Shown here: positions 32,570 to 44,644 of the stretch, one piece after another
Layout: each line of letters starts with the position of its first letter
How positions within the stretch are numbered: position 1 is the stretch's first letter
NCBI GenBank assembly: GCA_977017575.1
Contig: CDRNVI010000025.1
Span: forward strand, 1-64,000
Origin: Paramoeba atlantica
Lineage: Eukaryota > Protista > Discosea
Direction: 5' to 3'
Length of the DNA stretch: 64,000 bases
Notes under the pieces: model-generated
The model's input: the letters and a program-made list of their open reading frames with translations, nothing else
What the model was told of the DNA's origin: nothing
Databases searched by the model: none
Position numbers and translations under genes: made by a program

Positions 32570-35155
32570 TCACTGAGTCTTACAGAAACAACAAATGATC
32601 CTAAAGAAAAAATACAGTATTCGGTGTAAAAAGGATACCCCGGGACCATTCTCATGTCCCGGATCCTCTACTTCATCCTCCGGCTCCCTGTGCGTCCTTC
32701 GCACGGGAGTGACAAATTTTTGGGGTGGGATCCTCACTTTCTCTTGTTCCTCTCTAAAGGAACTTCCAAGCAGCGTGGAGGCCGTAGCCTTCTCCCTTGG
32801 GTGTGCTCGATCCGTCCCGGGGGTATCCGGTACCGAAACGGGCATCCGCTCCGGGGAAGCGAGCAGCGAGGGTCTGGAACTCTCCGAGAATTCTCCCGCC
32901 ATGTGCTCCATCGGGTTTAAATTTCCAGAGGAGGTAAGAGTGCCTGAGGCACTCCCCGAGAGCGGGCGGCGAGCGCTGGGTGCGTGCGGGGTGGTGGGGA
33001 TCAACGAGTCCATGGGAAGGAAGAAAGGGCTATCGGCGGGGGACTCGCGCGGAAGTGAAGAGCCCAGTCGCCACCGTTGTGGGGTACTCGGCGCTAGACG
33101 TTCCGGGTGGCCTGGGACCACACTTTGTGAGGAGGAGAAGAACGTCGCATCGGTTATCTGATTCTCGCGCAGGTCGAGCATTTGTATCGAACCATGGGTG
33201 ATACGCTGACGCTGCTGGAAGAGCTTGCCGTCCCCCGTTAACAAGTTATCGCTGAGATCCAGGTAGTCGAGTTTCGCGGGAAGTGGTGCCATGGCCTCGA
33301 CACGACCCACCAGTTCGTTGCCTCTGAGGTCAGCGTGTTGTAGACGTGAAGGCAGCACGAGCGTCTCCTGAGAACCTCTGGAAGATGCAGCCGCACCCCT
33401 ACCATAATCTCTTGTTCTCTTTTCCTGGCCAGAGACTCGTAATGAGGTTTCGGGTGAACGAAGGACACTATGCGATTTGACGCTTCGTTCCGAGACTCGA
33501 CTTAGTTCTCCTTCGATGGACCCACTCATAAGATTGTCGCTAAGATCCAGATAGACCAGTGTTTGCGGAAAAGTTACTTGAGATAAGACTCCACTTAACG
33601 CATTTTCACCCAAGTCTAACTCCACCAGCCGTTGAGGAAGAGGTAAGCAGCTCAGATCACCCTCAATCTCATTCTCATGTGCCACAATTGACTGCAGGCT
33701 TTGGGGTAACAGATGCATCCGCTCTACACTACCCAGTATAGCGTTGTCACTAAGATTCACATGTTGCAGATTCGGGGGAAAGCGTAATTTCTCCACATTT
33801 CCTTGAATACGGTTATGTGCTACAACGAGTGTCGTCAAAGCACGAGGAAGCACGAGATCGTGTAGACTGCCACTCAATCGGTTATCACGTACATCCAGTC
33901 GAGTGAGTCCCAGGGGCAGGCGCGTACGCTCGATATTTCCTGTCATCTGATTATAACTTAAGTCCAGCTCCTCTAGGGTGTCTGGTAAAGTGAGCGAAGG
34001 GAAGACACCATGAAATTGGTTTTCACTGAGTGCCAAAGTGGAAAGTCTTGGCGGAAGCTGCACAGCTGAAAAATTGTTGCAGGAAATTGTATTCTGACTG
34101 AGATCAAGAAAGGTCAGGTGGGAAGGGAATTTTGCTTCCTCGAGTTGTCCGCTCACTTGATTATTGCTTAAATCAACTTCAGCCAGTGAGGACGGAAAGA
34201 TCAAATCATGGATACGACCCCACAAAGCATTGCCTCTGAGGTCTAAAAAGCGCAACGCTGGTGTCCTGGTGATGTAAAGGAACTGTAGATCACCCTCCAT
34301 ACCCGTGTCACTCAGATCAAGATACGTTAAACCAGGTGGAAGACGCAAGTCTTTGACTTCGCCATGTAGTGAGTTTGCGCCCAAGTCCAGCTCTAGAAGT
34401 TCACGAGGCAGACTAAGGCTACGGACGTCAACCGAAATCATGTTATCGCTAAGGTCAAGGAGCTTCAATGACTCTGGTAGAACGATCTTCGCTAAGTCAC
34501 CATACAGCTCGTTCTGGTTTAGATTTAGTACCCGAAGATGAGGGGGCAAATTTTTGCCCGAAATGGAGGATGCCAGCGTCCCACGTAATTCGCGAGCGGA
34601 CCACACAATACTAGTCACACGGCGGGAAGGGCTGCGGGATTCTCCAGAAAAGAGAGACATTAGCTTTTGTGCCCCCGAAGTGTCGGCGACTACGCTACAC
34701 TCTACGCCGCTCCAATCACATGGAGGGGTTTCCGCGATCCAGCTCGGGTGTGGATTCTCTATTCCACAAATAAGACTCTGAAGTGCCTCCAAGTCCTCGC
34801 GTTCATCCGGATTCAGCGATCGAACGGGAGGTTTCGATAATTTCGTGGATAAGGCTTCTGGTATTTTACCACGTCGTCGGTGATGCGATCTCGGACTCGG
34901 GGCGTGAGAAGAAGCTCGACTCACAGCTCCCGTAGATTTCACTACAGGGTTATCCAATCTCAGTCGCGGATTCCTTAATTGATCTTTTTGCAAATTCCGC
35001 GAACGAGTCTGTTGGGAGATGTCAGTTCCACGCATGTGTGTGGGTGCCCCGCCTAAGAAAAGACACAAGTATGGGATGATGACATGAAGAATCCTGTAGG
35101 GTACGGAATAATCGCGATAGCAGCGGGTGAATTGATTACGACAAAGGCTGCTCAT
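32570..35155 (-). CDS. Large LRR protein (~19 repeats, Ser/Pro-rich tail, FCC-containing C-terminus)
   Basis: PCDWSGVEC cap; LPxxLxxLDLSxNxxxG repeats; ends FFRIICCFCKTQ (possible lipidation/membrane anchor). Confidence 0.88.
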   Translation of the reverse strand: MSSLCRNQFTRCYRDYSVPYRILHVIIPYLCLFLGGAPTHMRGTDISQQTRSRNLQKDQLRNPRLRLDNPVVKSTGAVSRASSHAPSPRSHHRRRGKIPEALSTKLSKPPVRSLNPDEREDLEALQSLICGIENPHPSWIAETPPCDWSGVECSVVADTSGAQKLMSLFSGESRSPSRRVTSIVWSARELRGTLASSISGKNLPPHLRVLNLNQNELYGDLAKIVLPESLKLLDLSDNMISVDVRSLSLPRELLELDLGANSLHGEVKDLRLPPGLTYLDLSDTGMEGDLQFLYITRTPALRFLDLRGNALWGRIHDLIFPSSLAEVDLSNNQVSGQLEEAKFPSHLTFLDLSQNTISCNNFSAVQLPPRLSTLALSENQFHGVFPSLTLPDTLEELDLSYNQMTGNIERTRLPLGLTRLDVRDNRLSGSLHDLVLPRALTTLVVAHNRIQGNVEKLRFPPNLQHVNLSDNAILGSVERMHLLPQSLQSIVAHENEIEGDLSCLPLPQRLVELDLGENALSGVLSQVTFPQTLVYLDLSDNLMSGSIEGELSRVSERSVKSHSVLRSPETSLRVSGQEKRTRDYGRGAAASSRGSQETLVLPSRLQHADLRGNELVGRVEAMAPLPAKLDYLDLSDNLLTGDGKLFQQRQRITHGSIQMLDLRENQITDATFFSSSQSVVPGHPERLAPSTPQRWRLGSSLPRESPADSPFFLPMDSLIPTTPHAPSARRPLSGSASGTLTSSGNLNPMEHMAGEFSESSRPSLLASPERMPVSVPDTPGTDRAHPREKATASTLLGSSFREEQEKVRIPPQKFVTPVRRTHREPEDEVEDPGHENGPGVSFLHRILYFFFRIICCFCKTQ

Positions 35156-36132
35156 CCGACCTCCATAGTTAGCTGTGTAAAAAATAATAAAATTATAGAA
35201 AGAAATGTTTTAAAATAAAATACTGTATAAAATCCTTAGTGTAAGTAATGTGATGGTAGTCTTAATGTGATGGTTTTCGAACTGTTTCGCCTACTTTTAC
35301 GGTCTTCAACCAGTTCAGCGCGTGAGAGAAAAGCTAAAACGATCATTGATAAAAAATTGAACAAAAAAAAAAAATGGCGCCGCTTCGCGTCGCCGTATTC
35401 GTTGATGCCGAAACTACTCTCGAAAACTTTCGAAACGAACCAGCTGATGACTCACCTACAGCTAAGCCTCATGTTTATTAAATTACTGAAACGTGTTTTA
35501 TCCTGACACTACGCGCGAGCATTTCCATTATCCTGCTTCAAAAATTTGTACTTTGAGTTCTATTTCTGTTCTCCGCGTTTCGACCTCCATGAAATCCTCC
35601 ACACTCTTAGTTCCACGCTTTTCAAGAGTTCTAACCTTTCGTTTAGTCTTGCAGAGTTTGTTATGCAGCCTCTTGATAATTGCATCTTTGGCATTGACTT
35701 TTTTCTCCAAGGACTTCAATTGTTCGTCACTTGGACCTGAAATTAATTGTGGAACGGGTGCTTCCTTTTCAGGAGACAAAGAGCCAAGGCTAGTATCGTC
35801 ATCAGCTCCACGCGATACATCGGAGTTAATACCCTTTATTTCCCCTACCGCTTCTAAAAGCTTTGCGTCTAACCCAGGGGACAATGTTCCTTGCGCTTCG
35901 GCACTATTTTTCCGGTGTTCTCTGTGATAATCTGAGTATGCCTGAAAAAAATTGACTAAAAACAAGTCTCAAAGATCTTTGCATAATCTTAGATTATGCA
36001 AAAAGCAGGCGTATTACCCCCTGGTTAGCCTTATCAAATGTTTTTTTTCTGTTTCATTCTTTTCTTCCCAAAAAAATTATTTTGAGGAGAAAATCATGAA
36101 CCTCGGAGGTACACACGAGGTGTCTAGAGGTC

Positions 36133-36471
36133 TACTCCCCCTCTGATTAATTTTGATAATGATAAATGATAAATGAGATTGGCTATTATTATCATTATCA
36201 TTTATCAAAAAAAAAACGAGAACAGCTTTCGGGCGAAAATACCTCATTTCTAGGCGAAAAAGACAATTTTTTAGCCCAGATTTGGGGCATTTTGGGTGTT
36301 CAAATTGAAAAATTTGTGACTTCGCTGTTCTAGAGAACGCAATATATTGCAACAAGGAAAAAATTTGATTATCATTTATCAAAAATAGAATCTTTTGATA
36401 AATCATTATCAAAATAATGGGAGATAAAATTTAAAAAGAAACTCATTCGTCAAAATTATCAGAGGGCAGTA
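36133..36471. mobile_element. Small TA-flanked MITE
   Basis: TACTCCCCCTCTGATTAATTTTGAT versus inverted TACTGCCCTCTGATAATTTTGAC; internal TTATCAAAA repeats. Confidence 0.55.
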
Positions 36472-36589
36472 TAAGTCCTTTAGTCCTTTCAGATCATTCA
36501 TCTGTAACAAATGAAACAAATACGTGAAGTACGTTATTTTTTTCCAGTTGTATCGAATGCCAAAGGAAGATTAAGCCGAAGAAAGGTTA

Positions 36590-37719
36590 CTGTGACCCCC
36601 CCTTTAATACGGACAGATTTTTAGACTTTACCCGTATTAAAGGGGGGGCACTAAAGATGAGAAAATGACCCTGTTTTTACGCTAAAAAATGCGACAAAAA
36701 AAAGTTTGGCGCCGCTTCGCGGTGCCTGTTTCTTTTGATGAAATTGGTTAAAGGGGGTGATCTGTAGGGGAAGTAAATTTTACGAGCACACCCCAGACTA
36801 AAGTGGACGAGGGAGATACTAAACCGCAGTCCGGTTTAACATTCCGGGGGAATGCTAAGTAGCTACAGGAAGGATAACTTTTTTTTGAGTTTGTAAATCA
36901 TCTTCTTCAAAAAAAGGATGACATAAAAGTTAACATACCTGTAACAAGATAACGTACCGGGGGGGGTATGTTATCCTATAACACCGCTTACAGGATAAGG
37001 ACTGCGTACGGGATAAAGAGACGTTTCCTTCAGGAAGTAAAACGTTCAATTATTTGCGCGCGTCGCCTTTTTCCGATATACCGCAGATCCACCAGTAATA
37101 GACCCCTCATTAACAAGGATTTCGCTCGGGAGGGTGGCTCAAGGGGGGAGGGGGATTTGGGAGGGGTAAGGGTGGTTGCGCGGGAGCGAGTGTTCTTCTT
37201 TTACCCTGAATGGGGTACCCGGGCGGCTCCGATTTTTCATGCACTGATAAGTGGTCCTATACTTTGCTTTGTATGCCAACGGAAGGCAGTATCATATTCC
37301 GGATTAAAAATCATGCTCTTATGCATGAGGCCACTACTTGTTCGAAAGGTCATGAGCCACGGGGACGTACTCTTAAGGAAGGGCATTGGTTATGCTCCGA
37401 TAGAAAGTGCCTCGGTAAACCTTATTTTTTGGAACCTCTTCTTACGGCCGCACGTGGGCGCACCGGAAACCAGGTTTTTAAAGTCTTATACGGTATCACT
37501 TCTGCAGCCGGCTACAGATCTCAAAGGTAAACGGACTTGGGGCAAAAGCGATCACTCCGCTGACAAACATCCCTTTGAGTCGTGCTCTCGAACAATGAAA
37601 ATCGAAGAAACGAAAAAATGAAAATCGAAACTTTTTCCAATTTCCTTCCAAAAAAATTCAAAAAAATCCGCATTAAAGGGGGGGATCAGGGGGGTCCGTA
37701 TTAAAGGGGGGGGTCACAG
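36590..37719. mobile_element. MITE family C2
   Basis: TA-CTGTGACCCCCCCTTTAATACGGAC at both ends inverted; extra CCGTATTAAAGGGGGG copies near 36632 and 37670. Confidence 0.85.
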
Positions 37720-38405
37720 TAAGTGGCTTGGTTAGATTATCGTGGCCTGTACTATAGTACAGTATGTAAAAAAGTATAGAAGTAAAAAAATGGTAATCAC
37801 CTACTGTATTCGTATTTAAAATAATTTTACAAGGTGTACAAAGTCCATTCACTCAGATCTACAGTGTCACAAGAATTCGCTCAAACGGACTTACTATACT
37901 AATTTTAGAGGGGGTGTCTTATCTTGTCGAAGGGTTTACATGTATGGAGAGTAGCGATATAAACGATAAAAACAATCCTCAAAAAAAAATCGCACCGCTT
38001 CGCGGCGCGGTGTTCGTCATGCCTCAATATTGCGCTTAAGTAGCCGTGTCAAACGGTTGCGCATAAGTGGGGGGACAGTAACTATCCGGAGTAACGAGTC
38101 ACACGATTTCAGTTTTAGTATCTTTCCAATGAAAGGGAACCCAAAGAAGAAATATGAAAACAAAGGAATTATCAGAACGGTCTTGAAACAGTTTGACTTC
38201 AAGGAAACGTTTTTCAATTGGAATTCAGAGAGCTGGGTTTGGATATCATCATATCAAATGAAGCTAACATAATTTTTAAGAAATTATTTATTATTTAGCA
38301 ATTTATCTTTCACGATTTCAGAACATGAAAATAATTGAGGGAAAGCTACTGGGGTGTGCCGTTAACGCAGCTAGAAAAGTATTCAAAAATAATATTCTAC
38401 TGTAG

Positions 38406-39218
38406 TTAGAAAACGGGGGAAGAAAACGTTCTGTCATAAGAATAAAGGAATTTGAACACTTGCTCCACTTTATTATCAATATTATTGCCTAAAAGCGGAA
38501 CGTGAACAAGTTTGGGATCACCAAAAGATCTTCCGAGGCAGAGCTTTTCGCTTGCTGTCAAGGGCTCGTACTCAGAAATAAAATTTCTAAGTACGCGACG
38601 TGATATTATAGGATCATACGGCAACGTTTCGTGATCGCTTCGATGACGAATGCGATGCAAACAAATCTCTTTTACTGACTTATTGATAGGTTCCAGATCC
38701 CATTGTAAGAAAACGTTATGCAGATGTGCGGAACGAAAGTGGTCTTTTCCCTTAAAATGTATTTTACAAGGAGTCAAAGTCGAAAATATGTTTCTGAAAG
38801 TAGAATTCAAAAAGGAGAGTATACGCCATCTTATACAAGAATTGTGAAAGTTTTTGTCCAGAATAATACAAAACCATGGATTTTTATCCGGAGTATTCCC
38901 CACGCTGACTTTGTTAAATCTAGAAAAAGAAACAAAGGCATTTCTCACTTCCTTTTCGAAAATCTCTTTGATGCCAAAGCAAGTGTCTTGAGACAACACA
39001 CAAAACCCCATGAGAGATGATAAAGAATCTTCGTTCTGAAATAACACGTCGTTTCCGGACAAAAAAGCGTTTGATTGACGTGACTCTGATTCGGTTGAAG
39101 ATTTCGTCGTAGTTTTCATTATTCTTTTCACAATTTCACTTATTAAAGTTGTTTTTCCGCATCCAGGAATCCCAATTGGGAGAACGCAGAGCACTCGCGT
39201 AATTTTATTCAGTGACAT
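38406..39218 (-). CDS. P-loop kinase resembling the polynucleotide-kinase module of Trl1-type tRNA ligases
   Basis: LPIGIPGCGKTTL, LSQD, IILDKNFH, CLHRIRHRSDHETL. Confidence 0.7.
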   Translation of the reverse strand: MSLNKITRVLCVLPIGIPGCGKTTLISEIVKRIMKTTTKSSTESESRQSNAFLSGNDVLFQNEDSLSSLMGFCVLSQDTCFGIKEIFEKEVRNAFVSFSRFNKVSVGNTPDKNPWFCIILDKNFHNSCIRWRILSFLNSTFRNIFSTLTPCKIHFKGKDHFRSAHLHNVFLQWDLEPINKSVKEICLHRIRHRSDHETLPYDPIISRRVLRNFISEYEPLTASEKLCLGRSFGDPKLVHVPLLGNNIDNKVEQVFKFLYSYDRTFSSPVF

Positions 39219-40349
39219 GTATACTAGGTTCGCGTGTTGAAGTAAAATCTATAATCTAAGAGGATTGTTTTGTTAATCTAAACGTTCTCATTTTCTTTGA
39301 GGGATGGATTTAAAATTCTTTGAGGTCTACGCCACGGTATCTAAAACGAATAACAGAGCTTTATGACTGGAGTTTCTCTGAGCTCGATTTCCAATACAGT
39401 CAATCTCAGTATTTCCACAATTCTTATATTACTATACCCCCCCCCCCCTACTTAATGGTCACTCTTCGCGTAACTCCATGGTTAAGAGGCGTCTGAAGCG
39501 GGACAGCAATTCTCTAAGCCGGAAAAGAGGGGGGGGGAATACAAGCATAGGCAGAGGTATGCACCGGAAGTTTGAAGTGCAATAGGGGTGATGCATTGCT
39601 GGAAGTTTTAATAAATTTGAAGGATTTTTTTTAAACCGTTATGATTTTCCTACTTCTTTTCCTAATTTTCCCACACCTTACCCACTTTTTCCCCCTTAAC
39701 GATTTTCCGCTTAACCGTTTTCCCTTGCCTTTTTTCACAACTTCCTTCTTTCTTTTTACTTCCTTTACTTCCCTTTCTTTACCTCCCTTTGCTTTTCCTT
39801 TCCTTTCCGTTCCTTTACTTCCCTTCCCTTTCCTCACTCGACTTTCAAACTCATTGGGGAGGTTGAGGACTCCCGGCGCTTTTACTAGGAGTCGGCCCAG
39901 GGAAAACTTTCCTCATGTGTTCTGGACCGGGTCTTTCGACCTCTCCCAGCTTGCCTTGGTAACCCTGCTCTTGTTGTACGAGAGGGCGCAAGAAATGGGC
40001 CTCCGCCGGCAGCGGAACATTCACAGAACCAGGTTGTGGCCGACGGGGAGGGGCAGGGTCCCCAGCCCAGGCACTACCTCACTTGGGGGTACCTAGTCGA
40101 CGGGGGCTAGGTGTGAGTATAGGTCCTGCCGACTCGACCAACACCCGACGGGTTCAGGCTGGTGAATGGGGGGGGCGATAATCACGTTCTCAAAGCTTTT
40201 TTTTGTCATCCCCCGAGCCCATTAGCGCACGCCCCTGCGGTACCAGTTTTGTACCGCGGCATGCGCTATCTGGGCGTTCCCCTTTAAGGAATACTGTGTA
40301 TGCGTTCATTTGTAAGATGTAAGCATGTACAAGTGGAGAAAAATCTAAA

Positions 40350-40485
40350 GTAAACCCCGCCCAGCGAAAAGTCAGCCCCCTCTAGCTTTTCAGCCACCCC
40401 AACTGTCCAGCCAGTGTCCTTTTGAGATCATTTTTGTTGCATTTTGCAGATCCTAACACAAAGACTTTGCGCGTTAAAGCATGGA
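40350..40485. mobile_element. Family D end fragment
   Basis: TAAACCCCGCCCAGCGAAAAGTCAGCCCCC and TTGTTGCATTTTGCAGATC..ACACAA.GACTTTGCGCGT shared with 54145-54260. Confidence 0.6.
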
Positions 40486-40653
40486 ACCAAAACTCTCGAA
40501 TGAGTGCATCCGATAGACGGATTATCACATTCACACTTTCTTCACACTTTTCAATCGAACAATTTCTCACTTTTCAAGTAAGTAATGGCTGTATATTGTA
40601 ATGGCTGTATACAACATTGGAGTTTTTTGCTTCCTGTATACTAATCGAATGTG

Positions 40654-40995
40654 TTACTCGGCCCATTTAAAAAATGTACAATTCCCTGTTCCGCAAGTCA
40701 AGAATCTACGATTTTTATTAGGTGACGCTTTTGTTACTTCACGAAGCGAGGCAGCCTTCCCGCAAAAGCATTCATCCGGATCTGTATTCAATTCTCTTTT
40801 CCAATGATTTGTTTTCTTTTGATAATTCGATGTTGTTGATGCTGCAGCGGCATTCAGAGGTACTTCGTCACTTGACGCAATATTTTCAAAGTTTAATAAT
40901 GAGAACCACTTCGTCGAACACTGCGTTGCTCTTGAGGGGAGCCTGCTTTCTTCAAGATTATTGATCACACAAAAAAGAACGAGGAGGCTTAGCAT
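40654..40995 (-). CDS. Small GRF-type zinc-finger protein
   Basis: CFCGKAASLREVTKASPNKNRRFLTCGTGNCTFFKWAE matches the zf-GRF pattern. Confidence 0.65.
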   Translation of the reverse strand: MLSLLVLFCVINNLEESRLPSRATQCSTKWFSLLNFENIASSDEVPLNAAAASTTSNYQKKTNHWKRELNTDPDECFCGKAASLREVTKASPNKNRRFLTCGTGNCTFFKWAE

Positions 40996-41566
40996 GGAAA
41001 ATTAATAGTAAATAATATGGACGAATATTTTTTAGAGTGACAAGATAAAACAGAACGCAATGGGTCCGTATTGTAAGTTCCGGGGCCGAGATAAATGCTT
41101 TGTCATAAAAACGAAACTGCAGAATGTGTACTTTAATTAGTAAGCTGCATGATACCAGTTTACCACCATTGAAACTTGGCGGCGAAAACGATTTGGGCGT
41201 CGCCACGTTTTATGGCGATGCCAATGACCATTATATAGCACGGTGTAGGAAGCCGTGGGTGTCCGAGGTGCACCCTCCACACTACCGTAGAAATGTCAGG
41301 GTCATAGTTCCGGGAACGACGAGTGTAGTAAAGGCTAATGGGAAGTGTTTCATCCTGCGTGCTGCTTCGAGAGTGTCATAGGCCTTGTGTTTAGTGGCCT
41401 CTGCCCAGGCAAGAGTAAGGAGTGACCAGGACAAGCAAACTGCATGATCCTTTGGAAATAATGCTTCATTGAAACAATAAGCGCAAATGCAACAAATAAT
41501 GGTGGTTGTAAAACTGTTGTCCTTCCTTCAGAGAGTCGTCCACTTCAATAGATACAGACAGTGCTA

Positions 41567-42235
41567 TCAGAAGGCGCGTCGCATGTGCTTTTGTAACAAC
41601 GATAAATTGTTTTGCATGAATGACGCAATCTCGTCTTGTGGTGTTCCTCTTAGTTGCAGCTCTCCACGCTTTGTAACCAAGTACTTAAGACATAACTCCT
41701 CAAGTTGCGCGTACACAGAGTCTACGACAATTCCCACCTTACCATACGCGTCTAAAACTTTTAAGCATGACTCGGCGGAAAGAGTTTGTTTGCAGGAGGA
41801 CCGATTTATCAGTTCGGGTACAATACATCTCCAAAAAACTTCTTCAGCATAGTTGTACTCGGCTAGTAAAGCAATGCATGCTAAAGTGGAGCTCTCAATC
41901 CCTGCAGCATTTCGAATATGAGCTGCCACCATATCTAATAAATGACGGGAACGCAATTTGTGGGATAACATGTTTGTTAAAAGTGTGGCATTAAAAGACA
42001 TATGCGTACCTTTCTCACAGTGTATGCAATTCTTACCAACTTTATCGTGAGCAATGTAACTCTGACAAAGTTGGGAAAGCAACCTTTGATTTTCAGGCAG
42101 CACTGGAGACGTTGACTCCCAGTACAAGTATTTTAGTTGCAGTAAACTTGCGTGTATGTCTTCTGCATCGGCAAATCCAAGTGATAACGAACTTTGAACT
42201 CTGCCCAACAAGTTCGACAAAACAGGTTTCTGCAT
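41567..42235 (-). CDS. Hypothetical helical protein
   Basis: 222-aa ORF in the cluster orientation. Confidence 0.6.
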   Translation of the reverse strand: MQKPVLSNLLGRVQSSLSLGFADAEDIHASLLQLKYLYWESTSPVLPENQRLLSQLCQSYIAHDKVGKNCIHCEKGTHMSFNATLLTNMLSHKLRSRHLLDMVAAHIRNAAGIESSTLACIALLAEYNYAEEVFWRCIVPELINRSSCKQTLSAESCLKVLDAYGKVGIVVDSVYAQLEELCLKYLVTKRGELQLRGTPQDEIASFMQNNLSLLQKHMRRAF

Positions 42236-42288
42236 GCTCACCTCGTTAAGACACTATGAAACAATATTTGGATCCTATTACAGTGTTA

Positions 42289-44044
42289 TAAAGGGGGGGT
42301 ACGTCTATTGTTGGCAAACTAATAAAATCACCTATTGTTGGCAATCGGTTATTGTTGACATTTAATTAGTTTTTTTTGACCCATTGCCATGTATGACGGA
42401 TAAACTCCTGGAATCTGCTAAAGTAAAAATTTCCACTTTTTTCGAAACTTTTCGAAAATTTCCTCTTTTTCGAGGATACGTATACGTACAGGGGTGAAAA
42501 TCTCGTGGTGGGGGGGGTCTAAAATTCGTAAAAATTATCCAATTTTGGAAAGTAATAGCGCATTCGAGAGATCTCACAGAGTTGTATGTTTTAGCACTAT
42601 TTGCGGCCTGTGACTCAACATGAAACGATGAGACAAAAAAATCATGATTTTGTTTCTTGCCCAAATTTACGTTTTTTCAGTTTTTAGCTGTTTTTCAGTC
42701 AATATTAGCACTATATGCCCCAGAAACGGATTCGTTCCCGAACCTCACGTGGCGTACTCAGCGACAGGTCCTATTCCTCCCCCGCACGGGTGATACCAAG
42801 TCACCGTATGCTTCTTGTCTCAGATTATCTTGAGACAGGGTCCTATTCTCGGACAGCCCAAAACTTCGGCGTCCACGAAAATACAGTAAAACGTCTTGTG
42901 ATACGCTATGAGAACACTGGAGACGTGGAAAGCTCTCCTATTTCACGCCCATCTCCTGTCAGTACCCCTGCGCTGCACGAAGCAGCTATCCGCCTCATTG
43001 ATGAGGGATACCGTGACCTCCCGTACGGGATTGAGAACTGGTGTGCACTCCATAGAGTTGTGCTTTCTCTTGGATTTCAGTGTTCAAGACCAACTTTGGT
43101 TAACGCCATGAAGAGCCATGGTATGATCATGCGAACTTTAAAAAGAAAGCCCGCACTGACCGATGAACACAAGAGGAAACGAGTGCATTTTTGTTCTGAG
43201 ATGCTCACTTGGTCAGATACCCAACTGAGACAAATTGTTTTCTGCGATGAGAAGAAGTTCACTTGCGGTAGGGGACGAAACAAAATTACTTACCTTTGCC
43301 GGAAGACTGACCCCGCCAAGGAACAGCAGGGAGAGCTAGAACCTTGGTATCCTTGATAATTGTCCTGTTCATAATTCTGCGCGAACAACCTTTCGCAACG
43401 AAGGTATTAATGTACTCTCTTGGCCTGCAAAATCCCCCGATTTAAACACCATTGAAAACCTTTGGGGGACCATGGACAGGATCAAAAATGATCTTCGACC
43501 CAAGAATTGGGCTGAATTAGTATCGGCCATTGAGACAGCGTTCGAAAGATTACAATCAGAACGCAAGCAAGAATGTATTAACACGATGAGCAGTTTCCGC
43601 AAGCGTTGTCGCATCGTTATTGAGCGAAACGGGTCTTCCTGTGGGTATTAAGGGTAATTTTTGACCATTTTTTACAGTTTTTCAAATTTGCAAATCGTGT
43701 TTTTGACCCTTTCATCAAAGGGGGGTACCCCCCTAACCCCCGCAAACTGCCTATCTTAAAACATACAACTCTGCGAGAGCTCTCGAACGCGCTATTATTT
43801 TCCAAAATTGGACAAATTTTACGAATTTTAGACCCCCCCACCATGGGATTTTCACCCCTGTATGTATCCTCGTGTATGTGAGGGGGAGGTGATGGTAGTG
43901 TAGGTGATAAAAGTAGCGTAAGTTACCTTGATAGCCAACAATAGATGATTTTATTGCCGTTCCATCTATTGTTGGTTAAGGTGGGTATTGTATCATCTAT
44001 TGTTGGCAAAAAAAGTTGCCAACAATAGACGAGCCCCCCCTTTA
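42289..44044. mobile_element. TIR element hosting Tc1 copy 2
   Basis: TAAAGGGGGGG(TA/CT)CGTCTATTGTTGGCAA inverted at both ends; several CTATTGTTGG sub-terminal repeats. Confidence 0.75.
42489..43860 (+). mobile_element. Tc1-like transposon copy 2 (~104-bp TIRs, TA duplication), internally deleted transposase 42715-43651
   Basis: HTH N-terminus, FCDEKKF, frameshifting deletion, then DNCPVH..WPAKSPDLNTIENLW (D 43355, E 43454). Confidence 0.93.
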
Positions 44045-44644
44045 TTTAATTACGGTATTATTTAATTACGCTTTTAAGGTTATTTTTGGCTAAAATTAAT
44101 CTTAATTAAATTAACCATAATATAATACACTCGTAAATTAATAATTTTTGAACACACTTTTTGAATAACTTTTATGCGCCCAAGACATTGGATTCGTCTG
44201 TGATCATTTTGTAAGGGCTTGTGTTTCGTATGAAAGCGAGGTCGATGGTGATAGACATGAAAAAAAGTATTTTTGTTCGGGGCTAAAAATAATCTTAATT
44301 AAAAATAACGTAATTAAAAATAACCGTAATATAATCCACCCGTATTTGAATACTTCACTGTATTTCTATATATTCGTTAATTTTATGACCAGTTGACCAT
44401 TGACGAGTTGCAAATTAACCTTAGCACGTGGGACCTTAGATACTTAGAAGTCCCCCAATAGTCTTTTTTACTACTGTTTGTAACACAGGATTGTACACAG
44501 ATTTGTACTAACAGAATAGTATTGTTTCATTGGATGTGAACTTGTAAAAAAGGTAAGACCAATATTTTTACCAAAGCGACAACAAAGACAATTTGTATTT
44601 GCATGCTTACTATAGTAAAGCGTCTCATTAGAATGCAAAGACCA

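Noticed and set aside
35528-35965. 145-aa minus-strand ORF
   Set aside because: No ATG until near the end, no motif, and it sits among repeat fragments.
36968-37621. 217-aa plus-strand ORF inside MITE C2
   Set aside because: No transposase or other motif and composition is not protein-like.
44045-44350. AT-rich direct repeats as a regulatory element
   Set aside because: Probably another decayed repeat; no ends or function could be defined.
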